A DNA stretch of 64,000 bases from an uncultured Eubacteriales bacterium (GCA_964525875.1 CAZGJS010000013.1:10254-74253); one strand, 5' to 3'; shown: positions 46,585 through 56,701, counted from the stretch's first letter. Notes: generated by a model not told the origin, from the sequence alone. Translations and numbers: made by a program.

Positions 46585-46740
46585 TTATCTTTTCCATCTC
46601 TCTGCTACTATTATAGCCGACGCCAAAAACCGGCTGAAAGAATCCCATTTTTCCTCTTGGCCGGGCATAGGGTTAATGTGAAGCGGATTTCAGGCCGGGT
46701 CAATCGCCCATGAGAGTGAATCGGGGGGTTAGGGATATGG

Positions 46741-46940
46741 TGGAGCCAGCGAGAGGGATCGAACCTCCGACCTGCTGATTACGAACGAACTGCGCTAGTC
46801 GGTTAACTGACTGATAACAAAGATATTTCGATGGGCTGCGCGGGAGATTGTGCACAACTTGTGCTCACCTGCAGCGCTGCCATGAATTGGTGATCAGCCG
46901 CCTGTTAGCCCGGCCAGCCGCCTCCAAGCATTATAGACTT
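46741..46940 (-). repeat. R3: tRNA-Thr 3'-end copy (46 nt identical) + pseudo-tRNA + ~130-bp conserved arm shared with R5
   Basis: Identical 46 nt; then cgaactgcgctagtcggttaactgactgataacaaag (degenerate D/anticodon-arm homologue); gattgtgc...tcacctgc.gc.ctgcc..gaattggtgatcagc...agcccggccagccgc shared with 52850-52930. Confidence 0.7.
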
Positions 46941-46963
46941 CGGGATGGCCGGGGTCGGCGCCC

Positions 46964-49834
46964 TCACTTCTTTCCGCTGGGGACAAGCCGCTTGAGTTCC
47001 TCGAACCAGTTCAGCACGAGGATCATTTCGGTGACAGGCGTGGGTTTTCTTTGCTCTTGCTTGGCCATGAGAAATCTCTGCGAATCAAGGGACAAGTCAT
47101 AGGCGGGTAGGGGGAACGAGTGCTGGTAACCCGGTTTCTCAAAAAGCAGGCGCGGCTTGCCGGGCGAGAACACGCCGTCCGTCCGGACATCCACGACCCA
47201 CATTTGACCCGACGGGAACTTTCGGTAGAAAAGCTGTTTGCCGTTTCTGGCCCACAGCGGCTCGCGGCCGCCTTCGCTCGAGACAAGGTATTTCGGGCCC
47301 GGTCCCGGGAACGGCCTGACGTAGACCTCTTCGCGATTCGACTCATTGGATGTGTACACTATCCAACGACCGTCTGGCGAGAATTCCGGATATTGCTCAT
47401 CGAATGGAGAATTTAGGAAAGGGGTCACGCGTCCGGAACCGACGTCAAGCATAACGATGTCGGCGCCGGTATCCGGGGGGTGATCAATTATAGCGATTGT
47501 CTTCCCATCCGGAGACCAGGATGCCGGCTGTTGACCGTATTCGCTTTTTATCAGGCGCTCCATCGGTGAGCTGCCATCGGAAGGTAGCCAATACAGGTTC
47601 ATCGGCGGGAATTTAGACCAGCAGAAAAGAAGCCGTTTTCCGTCGGGGCTCCAGATCACATTATAAGCCCTTCCCTCGCTGGTCAGCCGGTCGTTCGTGC
47701 CTCTGCCCAAGTCATACACCCAGACCCGTTCAAAAGCCATATAGGCGATTCTCTGGCCATCAGGCGAGAGACGCGGACCGCCAACGCTAAGAGAGAGCTC
47801 AGAGGCCGTGGCCAGCCGCTCTTCGCCTCTCTGATCTACCCACACGAGCGATTTCTTTGGATCCGGGACGATGCCGCCTGCGGCATAGATGAGCGTCCCT
47901 GTGTCAGAGATGCCGAACTGACCGGCCCCAGTGTGTCCATAATACCTGGCGCCGGTAAACGCTTGCATGACGTTTTCCACAAGCTCGACCGGTTGTCCGA
48001 TACGCTCCAGCTTGGCCGGATCGAATCGGACGGCCATGAGCGTTCCCTGCCTCAGAAAGACAAGGTGTCCCGTGGGAACGTACCTGGCATCTGCCGCGTC
48101 CTCGAGCAGAACACGCCAGTCGCCCTTATCCGGTCTGAGGAGAGCAAGGCAGGGTTGCCTGTCCCAGTCGTTTCTCGTTATGGTGAACAGCACAGCTTTC
48201 CCGTTGGGAAGCCAGAACGGCAGACGGTGACCATACTCCTCACGCTTCGGGTCAGGCTTGGTTAGGGTCTCGAGTTTCCCGCCCTCAGCTGAAATCCTCG
48301 AGAGCCCGGCTGTCCATCCGTCCGCAAACACGATGCTGTTATTGTGACCCCAAGTCGCACCCAAGAACCAAGCTGAAAGGTCGCACAACGTGCCGGGGAC
48401 ACCACCTTCGACAGGCACCTTCTTCAGCTTCCCGTCCGCCGAGAACCCCACCCACCGGTTGTCGGGCGAGAGGAAGGGATTTTCCCCGCCCTCCGTTCCG
48501 GCGATGGGTTCGGCTTCCGATCGGTCCAATCTCCGCAGGTACAACCGAGGCTTCGCCTGAGGGCCTGGATTCTCCTCGATCGCGCTGTAGACGACGAACC
48601 TGCCATCGCTCGAAATGGCTATGGCCGTGCAGGTCGGGCGGTCCATTTCTTCATAGGTGCGCCTGCCTTGGAGCCTGTGACCTGGTTCGATCTTGATGGT
48701 TGATGTGATAACTGAAGCGGGAGGGCCGGGTTGGGGACGCCCGCTCACCAATCGGTCGATCAGGAAGCCGGCAAGAAGCATGACAACCGCACTTGCGGCC
48801 AGCGACAGAAGTGAGAATCTCCGGTGAGCAGGCGCTGCTTCGGAGGGATAAGCCTCCGGGGACGCGATTTCGAGCCGGGCATCGGCGATGTCATGAAGGC
48901 GTTCTCTCGGGCTTTTCTCAAGGCAGCGGCGGAGGAGGACCTTAATGCGCGTCGGCGTTTCTGCAGGCAACCTGCTCAAATCCGGCTCGCCCTTCAGGAT
49001 GTGCGCGAGGGTGTCCGACACCGTTTCCCCATGAAACGCCCGGCTCCCCGTCAGGCACTCATAGAGCACGCAACCGAAAGCCCAGATGTCGGACCGCCTG
49101 TCTGCTGCCCGTCCTCGCGCCTGCTCGGGACTCATGTAGGCCGCCGTCCCCAGGATGACACCCGGCTCGGTCATCTGGGCAGTGATCGTAGGAGACTTCT
49201 CGATATCGACCCCGGTTGTCTCTCCCCCGTATGCCTTGGCCAGCCCGAAATCCAGGACCTTCACCTTGCCCTCGGGGGTGACCATGATGTTTCCGGGCTT
49301 CAGGTCACGGTGGATGATTCCTTTCTCGTGGGCCGCCTCAAGCCCCTCGGCTATCAATCGACACGTCTCGAGGGCCTCATCGACGGGGAGGGCCCCGCGA
49401 TTCAACCGCGCCTGGAGCGTCTCCCCCTCCGCAAGCTCGAGAACAAGGAAGCGCCGTCCCTCAAATTCCTCGAGCCCGTGTATCGCGGCGATATTGGGAT
49501 GGTTCAAGACGGCAAGAAGTTTTGCCTCCCGCTCGAACCGGGCCATTCGCTCCTTGTCCTGGGCGAAGGCAGCCGGGAGGATCTTGATGGCGATGTGGCG
49601 CCCAAGGTTCTTATCAATGGCCCGATAGACCTCGCCCATCCCGCCAGCGCCGATGTGTTCGAGAATTTCATAGCGGCCAGCGAAAACGGTCCCCGGGGTA
49701 ACTGCACGGACAGGCGATTCGAGGGTTTCGGTGAGGGAAGGAGGAGCGGCTTTAGCCGAAGTCAGCGAGGTTGCGCAGTTGCTGCAGAATCGGGATGTGT
49801 CGGGATTATCGGTGTTACATTTCGGGCATTTCAT
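46964..49834 (-). CDS. Ser/Thr protein kinase with N-terminal zinc-ribbon, TM helix and C-terminal PD40/TolB-like beta-propeller
   Basis: CPKCNTDNPDTSRFCSNC; kinase subdomains GAGGMGEVYRA, HRDLKPGNIMV, DFGLA, APE; PD40-type repeats (SPDGR...). Confidence 0.75.
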   Translation of the reverse strand: MKCPKCNTDNPDTSRFCSNCATSLTSAKAAPPSLTETLESPVRAVTPGTVFAGRYEILEHIGAGGMGEVYRAIDKNLGRHIAIKILPAAFAQDKERMARFEREAKLLAVLNHPNIAAIHGLEEFEGRRFLVLELAEGETLQARLNRGALPVDEALETCRLIAEGLEAAHEKGIIHRDLKPGNIMVTPEGKVKVLDFGLAKAYGGETTGVDIEKSPTITAQMTEPGVILGTAAYMSPEQARGRAADRRSDIWAFGCVLYECLTGSRAFHGETVSDTLAHILKGEPDLSRLPAETPTRIKVLLRRCLEKSPRERLHDIADARLEIASPEAYPSEAAPAHRRFSLLSLAASAVVMLLAGFLIDRLVSGRPQPGPPASVITSTIKIEPGHRLQGRRTYEEMDRPTCTAIAISSDGRFVVYSAIEENPGPQAKPRLYLRRLDRSEAEPIAGTEGGENPFLSPDNRWVGFSADGKLKKVPVEGGVPGTLCDLSAWFLGATWGHNNSIVFADGWTAGLSRISAEGGKLETLTKPDPKREEYGHRLPFWLPNGKAVLFTITRNDWDRQPCLALLRPDKGDWRVLLEDAADARYVPTGHLVFLRQGTLMAVRFDPAKLERIGQPVELVENVMQAFTGARYYGHTGAGQFGISDTGTLIYAAGGIVPDPKKSLVWVDQRGEERLATASELSLSVGGPRLSPDGQRIAYMAFERVWVYDLGRGTNDRLTSEGRAYNVIWSPDGKRLLFCWSKFPPMNLYWLPSDGSSPMERLIKSEYGQQPASWSPDGKTIAIIDHPPDTGADIVMLDVGSGRVTPFLNSPFDEQYPEFSPDGRWIVYTSNESNREEVYVRPFPGPGPKYLVSSEGGREPLWARNGKQLFYRKFPSGQMWVVDVRTDGVFSPGKPRLLFEKPGYQHSFPLPAYDLSLDSQRFLMAKQEQRKPTPVTEMILVLNWFEELKRLVPSGKK

Positions 49835-49886
49835 TTCCCTATGACCCCTATCCGTTCGTGACCCAAGGATATAGAACCAGGGCCGG

Positions 49887-51017
49887 TCAGGTCAAGAGGT
49901 CCCGTGCGCCGGCAACACGGACCACGAGCCCTCCGAAACGCCGCTCATAGGCTTTCCGGATCCCCGGGCAGACAACGTAATTCCGGCCGCCGGGATAGGA
50001 CGCGCGGAAAACGGCCAGGGAGGCCGGGTCGAAGCGGTCGGGATTGACCTTGCATTCGACCGCATCGACTTCTTTGCCGCGCCGGACGACGAAGTCCACC
50101 TCCCGGCCGGATTTATCGCGCCAGTGGAACAACCCTTCTCCGCCGGTCGCGGTCCGTAAGGTGTCCAGGACCAGATGCTCCCAAAGCAGTCCGCGGTCGT
50201 CGTCGCGGATGTCTTTCCATCCCCGCGCGTAGGTCACAAAGCCCGTGTCGAATCCGTAAACCTTGGGCCGCTTCAGGAGCTCCCGCCGTCCGCCGCCGTG
50301 GAAGGGAGGTACGATCGAAAGAGCGCAGGCGATGCTCATCGCTTCTAAGTAAGCTTTGACCGTCTGACGGCTGATGTCGCATTCCCTGGAGAGCGCGGTA
50401 TAATCGGCCCGCCCGCCACTCGTCCTGAGCATGAGGCGGAAAAGGTTGAGAAAGCCCGTGCGCTCCCGGACAGCGAAGAGCTCTTGGATGTCCCGGGCAT
50501 AAAAGCTGTCCATCCATTCTGAAAACAGCGTCTCGTCCTTTTCGGGGCTGAGCAGAAACTCGGGGAGGCCGCCGTGATGAAGCCGGCGATCGAGATCGGC
50601 GATGCCGAAATGGTCCTCGCATTCGGTCCAGAGAACGGGTGTCAATTGGAGGACCTGCTTCCGGCCGGTCAGAGTGTCCCTGAACTTGCGCGTCGCGGCC
50701 AGCGTGGACGAGCCGGTAGCGAGGATGCGAAGCCTAGGAAAGGCGTCGGCGGCGATCTTCAGGATGCGGCTGGGGTCGGCCAGCCTGTGGACCTCGTCGA
50801 GGACGATGACGGCGGCTTCGGGCTGGGCCCGGAAAAAAAGCTCGGGATCCTCGAGGCGCCGCGCGTCGGAGGGCAGGTCGCAATTGATGTAGATGGTATC
50901 GGGCAGCATCCTCGCCAGGGTCGTCTTCCCGACGCGGCGGACTCCGGCCAGCCAGACGATCGGACGCTTTTCCCAAGCGTCCTGGATGCGCTTCAGCCAA
51001 TAGGGACGATCAATCAT
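49887..51017 (-). CDS. AAA+ ATPase with DUF4143 (COG1373 family)
   Basis: Walker A GVRRVGKTT; start ATG 51017 (MIDRPYWLKRIQ) chosen by alignment with paralog 51353; the listed ORF start 51053 is a TTG. Confidence 0.6.
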   Translation of the reverse strand: MIDRPYWLKRIQDAWEKRPIVWLAGVRRVGKTTLARMLPDTIYINCDLPSDARRLEDPELFFRAQPEAAVIVLDEVHRLADPSRILKIAADAFPRLRILATGSSTLAATRKFRDTLTGRKQVLQLTPVLWTECEDHFGIADLDRRLHHGGLPEFLLSPEKDETLFSEWMDSFYARDIQELFAVRERTGFLNLFRLMLRTSGGRADYTALSRECDISRQTVKAYLEAMSIACALSIVPPFHGGGRRELLKRPKVYGFDTGFVTYARGWKDIRDDDRGLLWEHLVLDTLRTATGGEGLFHWRDKSGREVDFVVRRGKEVDAVECKVNPDRFDPASLAVFRASYPGGRNYVVCPGIRKAYERRFGGLVVRVAGARDLLT

Positions 51018-51138
51018 GATTTCATAATTAACATATAGACGTCTATTTGTCAACCATTATTTCATTCGAACGGACCTCTCCCCTTCTTATCAGGGAAGTC
51101 AAACGGCGGATTGCTGATGCCTTGGGGGGGGGAATTGC

Positions 51139-51215
51139 TGGAGCCAGCGAGAGTTCCGGCCTACTCATTGCGAAGGGACTGCCTTAGCGTTTCAACTTAC
51201 TGATAATAAAGGCTT
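51139..51215 (-). repeat. R4: internally deleted tRNA-Thr 3'-end copy + pseudo-tRNA arm (R2-like)
   Basis: tggagccagcgagag then T-arm segment missing; continues ...cattgcgaagggactgccttagcgtttcaacttactgataataaagg as in R2; followed by ~170 bp at ~25% GC. Confidence 0.6.
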
Positions 51216-51352
51216 GTTGATAATAACTATTTGTTCTTATACGTAAAAAAGCTATAATAGCATATATAATAATACAAAAAATATAAAATACAGGCTTGAC
51301 AATTTAACAACTAATAGACTACGATCTAGCTGCTTAAGCAAGAAGGAGGAAC

Positions 51353-52699
51353 ATGTTCAAGAGGGAGATCCTGCGGCGACTTGGCGACTGGAAGAACAAA
51401 CCGGACCGCAAGCCCCTCATTCTCCGCGGCGCGCGCCAGGTCGGGAAAACCACGGCCGTGGAGCTTTTCTCGGCAGCCTACGACCAGTTCATTTCCCTCA
51501 ACCTCGAGAAGCCCGAGGAGGCGAAGCTCTTTGCCCGGTCTTTGCCGGCCGCTGACCTCCTGCAGGCCATTCGGTTTTCCAAAGGGCTCCCGAGCGTCCA
51601 AGGCCGGACGCTTCTGTTCCTCGACGAGGTCCAGAACTCCCCCGAAGCTGTCTCTTCGTTGCGGTATTTCTATGAAGACCTCCCCGAGCTCCACGTGATC
51701 GCGGCCGGCTCGCTCCTCGAGATCGCCCTGACCCAGAAGCAGATCGGTGTTCCCGTGGGACGAGTTGAATACGCCCTGATGTCCCCACTTTCCTTTCGGG
51801 AGTTCCTCGAAGCCACGGGCGAAACACAGGCCCTCGAGGCCCTGGACGTCATTCCCGCCCCTGTCTTTGCCCTTCCCCGGCTGATGGATTTGTTTCACCG
51901 ATTTACCCTTGTCGGCGGCATGCCCGAGATCGTAGCGCATTATGCCGGGAATCGCGACGCCGTGGCTCTCGCGCCGCTCTACCGCTCTTTATGGACGTCC
52001 TTCCTGGACGACATCCCCAAGTACGCGCGGAACGAGACGATGAAACGCGTTATCCGGCATTGTCTCGAGGCGGCCCCGCTGGAGGCCGGCGAACGGATCA
52101 AGTTCGCCGGCTTCGGCAAATCGAACTACCGTTCGCGGGAGGCCGGCGAGTCCCTGAGGACTCTCGAGCAGGCCATGCTCCTTCACCTCCTCGCCCCCAC
52201 GACTTCCACGGAAATCCCCCTCATCCCCGACCGCCGGAAGTCCCCCAAGCTCCTGTTCCTGGATATCGGCTTGATCAACTTCACGGCCGGCATCCAGGGC
52301 CACTATTTCGAGTATCCCGATCTTTATTCCTTCTATCGCGGCCGGATCGCGGAAATGATCGTCGGGCAGGAGCTGATCGCCGCGGATCCCGGACATCACA
52401 AGCCTGTCTTCTGGGTCAGGGAAAAACGCCAGGCCCCCGCGGAAGTGGATTATGTGCTCCAGCATGGAAGCCTCGCCGTCCCCATCGAGGTCAAGGCCGG
52501 CGCGAAGGGCACACTGAAATCGCTCCACCAGTATATCAACAGGTGCCCCCACGGATTCGCCGTCCGGCTTTATGCGGGCCCCCTCGAGATCGTCCGGACG
52601 AAAACGCCGGAAGGCAAACCTTTTTCCCTCCTCAATCTCCCCTATTGCCTTGCTGGAAAGCTGGGGGCTTACATGGGCTGGATGATCGAAGGCGCCTGA
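51353..52699 (+). CDS. AAA+ ATPase with DUF4143 (COG1373 family), paralog of 49887..51017
   Basis: Walker A GARQVGKTT; RBS GGAGGA; AT-rich promoter region upstream (TTGACA at ~51296). Confidence 0.65.
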   Translation: MFKREILRRLGDWKNKPDRKPLILRGARQVGKTTAVELFSAAYDQFISLNLEKPEEAKLFARSLPAADLLQAIRFSKGLPSVQGRTLLFLDEVQNSPEAVSSLRYFYEDLPELHVIAAGSLLEIALTQKQIGVPVGRVEYALMSPLSFREFLEATGETQALEALDVIPAPVFALPRLMDLFHRFTLVGGMPEIVAHYAGNRDAVALAPLYRSLWTSFLDDIPKYARNETMKRVIRHCLEAAPLEAGERIKFAGFGKSNYRSREAGESLRTLEQAMLLHLLAPTTSTEIPLIPDRRKSPKLLFLDIGLINFTAGIQGHYFEYPDLYSFYRGRIAEMIVGQELIAADPGHHKPVFWVREKRQAPAEVDYVLQHGSLAVPIEVKAGAKGTLKSLHQYINRCPHGFAVRLYAGPLEIVRTKTPEGKPFSLLNLPYCLAGKLGAYMGWMIEGA

Positions 52700-52732
52700 A
52701 GTGCCCAACCAGGTCTCGAATTGGTGAATCGA

Positions 52733-52960
52733 TGGAGCCAGCGAGAGGGATCGAACCTCCGACCTGCTGATTGCGAACGAACTGCCCAAGCGTTTCAACT
52801 TACTGTTAATAAAGGTAATTAGGTGGGGCGCCCAATCGATTGTGCGCAGATTGTGCTCACCTGCGGCCCTGCCCCGAATTGGTGATCAGCTGCACTTCAG
52901 CCCGGTCAGCCGCAACCGGGCATCCACAACTTCTTGAAGGCCTGAAGCCTCGACTGCTAA
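52733..52960 (-). repeat. R5: chimeric tRNA-Thr 3'-end copy + pseudo-tRNA + extended conserved arm
   Basis: 45/46 nt identical to tRNA 3' part; middle segment R2/R4-like (agcgtttcaacttactg.taataaaggtaattaggtggggcgcccaatcgattgtgc), distal segment R3-like. Confidence 0.7.
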
Positions 52961-53011
52961 TATTAGTCGCCATAGCCGAGATAGCTCTGCCAGGCCTCTC
53001 GCCGACCCGGA

Positions 53012-54775
53012 CTACTTCTTGTCCGCGCCACGCTCAATCATGAACTCCCATTTGTAGATCAGATCCTTGGCCTCCCGGGCGTTCGGGGCGCCTGGGGAGA
53101 GCTCAAGATAGGCGTTCATGTGCATGATAGCCTGGCTGAACTTGCCGAGTTCCGCGGCAAGCAGCGCGGCGTCATAACGGAGAGTGGGACAGAACGGGGC
53201 AGCGCGGAGGGCGGAGGTGTATTCGCCGAGGGCCCCTTCGAGGTCCTTTTCCTTGACCAGGACTTCGCCCCGCAGAGAGTATTTCCGGGCCTCCTCTGGA
53301 AGCGCGGCAAGCTCGGGATGGGCCGTGAGCAGGGCCGCCGCCCGGGACATGATCGCTTTCGATCCAGCTTGGTCGGCGATTTGCAGGGCCAAAGTGTTTT
53401 CCCCGAGGGCACCACGGGGATCGCCCCCAGCTTCCAGGGAATTGGCCTTCTCCAAGTGTCCCTGAACGGTGGGCTTTAGAAGATCAGCAAGGATCCCGGC
53501 GTTCTTGACGAAGAGAAAATTTGTGGAGGAAAGCATGAGTCCCCCGATCGGAGCGAAGATTCTTTCGGCCTCCGTCACATCCCCTCTTTTGGAGTAAGCG
53601 ATGGCCGCGAGGACGCGAGCCAAAGTGAAGTCGTTGTCCCTGATCGAGGAAAGTTGCTTGACGGCCTCGTCATAACTCCCCCGGTCGAGCGCGACGACCC
53701 CCGAGGAGAACAGTGACCAGTCATGTCCAGGTTCGATCGACCCGGCCTTCTCGGCGCTGCTCGCCGCCTCGTCGGCCCGGCCGTTTTCCCGGCAAAGGAA
53801 GCTTCGAAGCCCGAGCACCTCGACACTGTCTTTGGGTTCCATCTTTCCGAGGAGCCTATCGGCCGCAGCGATAGCTTTATCCAGTTCCCCCATTCGAGCC
53901 CAGGTGTTCATCAGGGACCGGATCGGGTCGGATTCGTCGGGGGCAAGCTCGGCGGCCGCTTGGTAATTTACGACGGCCGCGGGGTAATTGCCGAGGCTGT
54001 AGAAGGCATTGCCGAGCCGGTTGTAGGTCCAAGGATTCTTGGGGTTCAGCCCGATGCCCTTCTTCAGCGGCTCAACCGCCTTGGCGAAATCTCCCATGCC
54101 CATGAGCGAGTCGGCGAGTCCCACATGGGCGTCGGAGTTGTCCGGGGCCAGCTTGATGGCACTCTCGGCCGCGGCCTTAGCTTCGTCATATTTCTTCAAC
54201 GCGATTTTGGAGAAGGCCAACCCGATGAAGTTCTTGGGATCCTGAGGGTTCACCCGAGCCCTCGCCTGAAAGACCGAGGCGGCCTTTTCGTACTCGCCGG
54301 ATGAATAAAAGGCCATGCCCGCCCGGCTCTGGATCAAACCCATGCCTTGGACGATCTTCGCCGCGGCCTTGGCAGAGGCGCTGCCGGCCCATTCCGCCAT
54401 GATCTTCATGCCCGCAATGGCCTGGTCGATATCGGCGCCCTTGCTGATCAGGAGGTCGATCATGTCGCCGTAGCCTTCCGCGGCGGCGCAACCGAGCGCC
54501 GTCCAGCCGTTCTTGCCCAGAGAGTTCACGTCGGCGCCCCTGTCAATCAGGAGCTTGGCGATCTCCAGCCTGTTCTCGCTAGCCGCCCATATGAGCGCGG
54601 TGCCGAAATTCCATTCGTTGATATCGGCCCCTTTATCCAGGAGATCCTGGACCTTTTTGATATCCCCCTTGTGGACGGCCTTCTGCAGAGCCGTCATGCC
54701 GGAAGCGGTGCCGACGGTGATAAAGCCGATGGCGAGAAAAGCCGCTAACGCTCCGATATGCCTAAAGAGTCTCAT
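53012..54775 (-). CDS. ankyrin-repeat + TPR-repeat protein with N-terminal signal/TM anchor
   Basis: ATG 54775 (MRLFRHIGALAAFLAIGFITV); 4 ANK repeats (G.TAL..A...G....v.lLl..GAD.N); ≥8 TPR-like helices. Confidence 0.65.
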   Translation of the reverse strand: MRLFRHIGALAAFLAIGFITVGTASGMTALQKAVHKGDIKKVQDLLDKGADINEWNFGTALIWAASENRLEIAKLLIDRGADVNSLGKNGWTALGCAAAEGYGDMIDLLISKGADIDQAIAGMKIMAEWAGSASAKAAAKIVQGMGLIQSRAGMAFYSSGEYEKAASVFQARARVNPQDPKNFIGLAFSKIALKKYDEAKAAAESAIKLAPDNSDAHVGLADSLMGMGDFAKAVEPLKKGIGLNPKNPWTYNRLGNAFYSLGNYPAAVVNYQAAAELAPDESDPIRSLMNTWARMGELDKAIAAADRLLGKMEPKDSVEVLGLRSFLCRENGRADEAASSAEKAGSIEPGHDWSLFSSGVVALDRGSYDEAVKQLSSIRDNDFTLARVLAAIAYSKRGDVTEAERIFAPIGGLMLSSTNFLFVKNAGILADLLKPTVQGHLEKANSLEAGGDPRGALGENTLALQIADQAGSKAIMSRAAALLTAHPELAALPEEARKYSLRGEVLVKEKDLEGALGEYTSALRAAPFCPTLRYDAALLAAELGKFSQAIMHMNAYLELSPGAPNAREAKDLIYKWEFMIERGADKK

Positions 54776-55131
54776 GTCATCCTCCCAGTAAAATCTGCTC
54801 TGGCCGGGGCGAAAATATCCGCCTCTCCACACGCGTCGGACCGCTTCAGATCGAGCGGACACTATCGAGATTTTAGTTTCCGTCGATTCCCAGTCTAATG
54901 GACCTACAAAGCGAGTCCATCATCCACTCAGGTGGAATGAGGGGTGATTTTTACCATGCAGCCATCATCGTCCCCATGAGCGGCCCCTTCGGCTCCGGAA
55001 CGAAAGCTGTCACTCTAACTCAGAAGAGTCGGGAATCGACCAGGCTTTGGCTTCCCGAAGAGTTGGCAGACGAGGCCTAAGATGTCTCAGTTGTGTGAAC
55101 TGATGCTAACAATAAGAAACAGGATAAAGGG

Positions 55132-55165
55132 TGGAGCCAGCGAGAGGGATCGAACCTCCGACCTT
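55132..55165 (-). repeat. R6: tRNA-Thr 3'-end copy (34 nt), variant crossover (gacctttggg)
   Basis: tggagccagcgagagggatcgaacctccgacct identical, then diverges; the variant tail is also found at 36521-36533. Confidence 0.7.
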
Positions 55166-55298
55166 TGGGCTTTGCCGTGCGCGCCGTCTGAAAAGAACCG
55201 TCAATCATCGCTCTTTTGGGCCCTCTGGGCCGAGGACGTCTCCCTCTATTTGTCCCAGGCGGGCAATATCATCGTTTCATATGCCAACGTCCCGGCGC

Positions 55299-56465
55299 CT
55301 ATTCCCAGACGATCCGGTAGCGCGTCAGGACGCGCACGCCCGTGTCCGGGTCCTCCTTGTACCGGTACATCCTTCCGGCGGCGAATTTCGCGGGATTGAA
55401 ATCGAGCCAGCCCCTGGCATCATAGCGCCCCTCGGCGTCGAAGACGTCGTAGGCTGTGAGCTTGCGCCCGCCCTCGTCTTTCGTCTCGTTTGTCGCCACC
55501 CATAAGAATCCCCGGTCGTCGCAGAGCATCCGCTCCGTCACCGTCTTGACCTTCGGCCAGGGCATGTCTCGATAGATCTCTGCAAGCTCCTTGGGGCCGC
55601 TCGTTCTGGCCGTGTACTCCTCCCTGTCCGCGTCGGTGAACGAGACCCGCTCGTAGGGCCTGTCGATCTTCCGGAAGATCCGGCCGGCGGCATCGAAGAC
55701 CTCGATGAGATACGCGTCGTTCATGCAGTGATAGACCCGCCGGAGCACGGGGTCACCCGTCAGGACCGAACGCGGACTGTAAGGGATGCTCACGGTGATG
55801 GCGACTTCGCCCCTGGTAACGAATTTTGTCCCGGGAAGGACGAATTCGCCCCAGTTCTTGATCTCGGCACCTTCGAAATCGTAGGTCTTTACGAAAAGCT
55901 TCGATGCGCCGGCGTCATAGAAGGACTCGTGGACGACGTAGGCGTTTTCGAGGACGAGGAGAGGGATCGAGATGTTCTTCGTCCATTGATAGCTGGCCAG
56001 GAAGTCGCCTTCGGGACCGAAAAACGACGTCCGCTTGTTCTGGAAGTCCGTGACGAGGAGCCGTCCGTCGGGGCAGAACCCGAGAAAAAAGGCCTGGGCG
56101 AACTCGCCCGGACCCTGTCCCTTCCGGCCGACCGTCTGCAGGAACCGCCCGTCTTCACCGAAGACCTTGATCGTGCCTTCCCCGGATTCGTAGATATAGA
56201 CCTGGTTCCGGCCGTCGACCGCAAATTGGCCGGGCTTGTAGACCGCCCCGGGCCCCGATTCCTCGGCGCCGAAGGATACCTCCTCCTCGAATCGCACGGC
56301 CTTGCGGGGATTGAGCGGCTCCGGAGGATTGTGGACAAGGGTCACGCCGTCCACGGTCTCCGTTCGGACCTTCGCACCTCGGGACCCAACCGGCCCCTTC
56401 CGGCAGCCGGACAGAAGAAGGGCCGGAACGAGAACGAGAAGCCAGAGAGATCGATGCGCCGTCAT
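55299..56465 (-). CDS. lipoprotein, predicted 6-bladed beta-propeller (TolB/NHL-like)
   Basis: ATG 56465 (MTAHRSLWLLVLVPALLLSGC lipobox); repeated hydrophobic-Gly-Asp blade motifs. Confidence 0.45.
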   Translation of the reverse strand: MTAHRSLWLLVLVPALLLSGCRKGPVGSRGAKVRTETVDGVTLVHNPPEPLNPRKAVRFEEEVSFGAEESGPGAVYKPGQFAVDGRNQVYIYESGEGTIKVFGEDGRFLQTVGRKGQGPGEFAQAFFLGFCPDGRLLVTDFQNKRTSFFGPEGDFLASYQWTKNISIPLLVLENAYVVHESFYDAGASKLFVKTYDFEGAEIKNWGEFVLPGTKFVTRGEVAITVSIPYSPRSVLTGDPVLRRVYHCMNDAYLIEVFDAAGRIFRKIDRPYERVSFTDADREEYTARTSGPKELAEIYRDMPWPKVKTVTERMLCDDRGFLWVATNETKDEGGRKLTAYDVFDAEGRYDARGWLDFNPAKFAAGRMYRYKEDPDTGVRVLTRYRIVWE

Positions 56466-56701
56466 GATAGCCTCCTTTGGCAACCCCCTACGGAATGGGA
56501 TCATTATGTCCCAAGAGGCGGCGCAGATTCAAGCCCGGGCGCGGAACGGTTCGGACCCGCGGGAAGGCCGCCCCAGAAGGAAATAGAAGGCGGAAACGAG
56601 GCGTGCCGGAGAGGATTCGACCCTCCGACCTTAGGATCCATTTGCCAGAAAACTCACATTGTGTCTACACCATTTTTCAGGGATGAGGTCCCCCCAGCAA
56701 T

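Noticed and set aside
43990-54935. Short shared 12-mer CACTCAGGTGGA at ~43996 and ~54922
   Set aside because: A single short match with no extended similarity in the flanks. It is probably chance.
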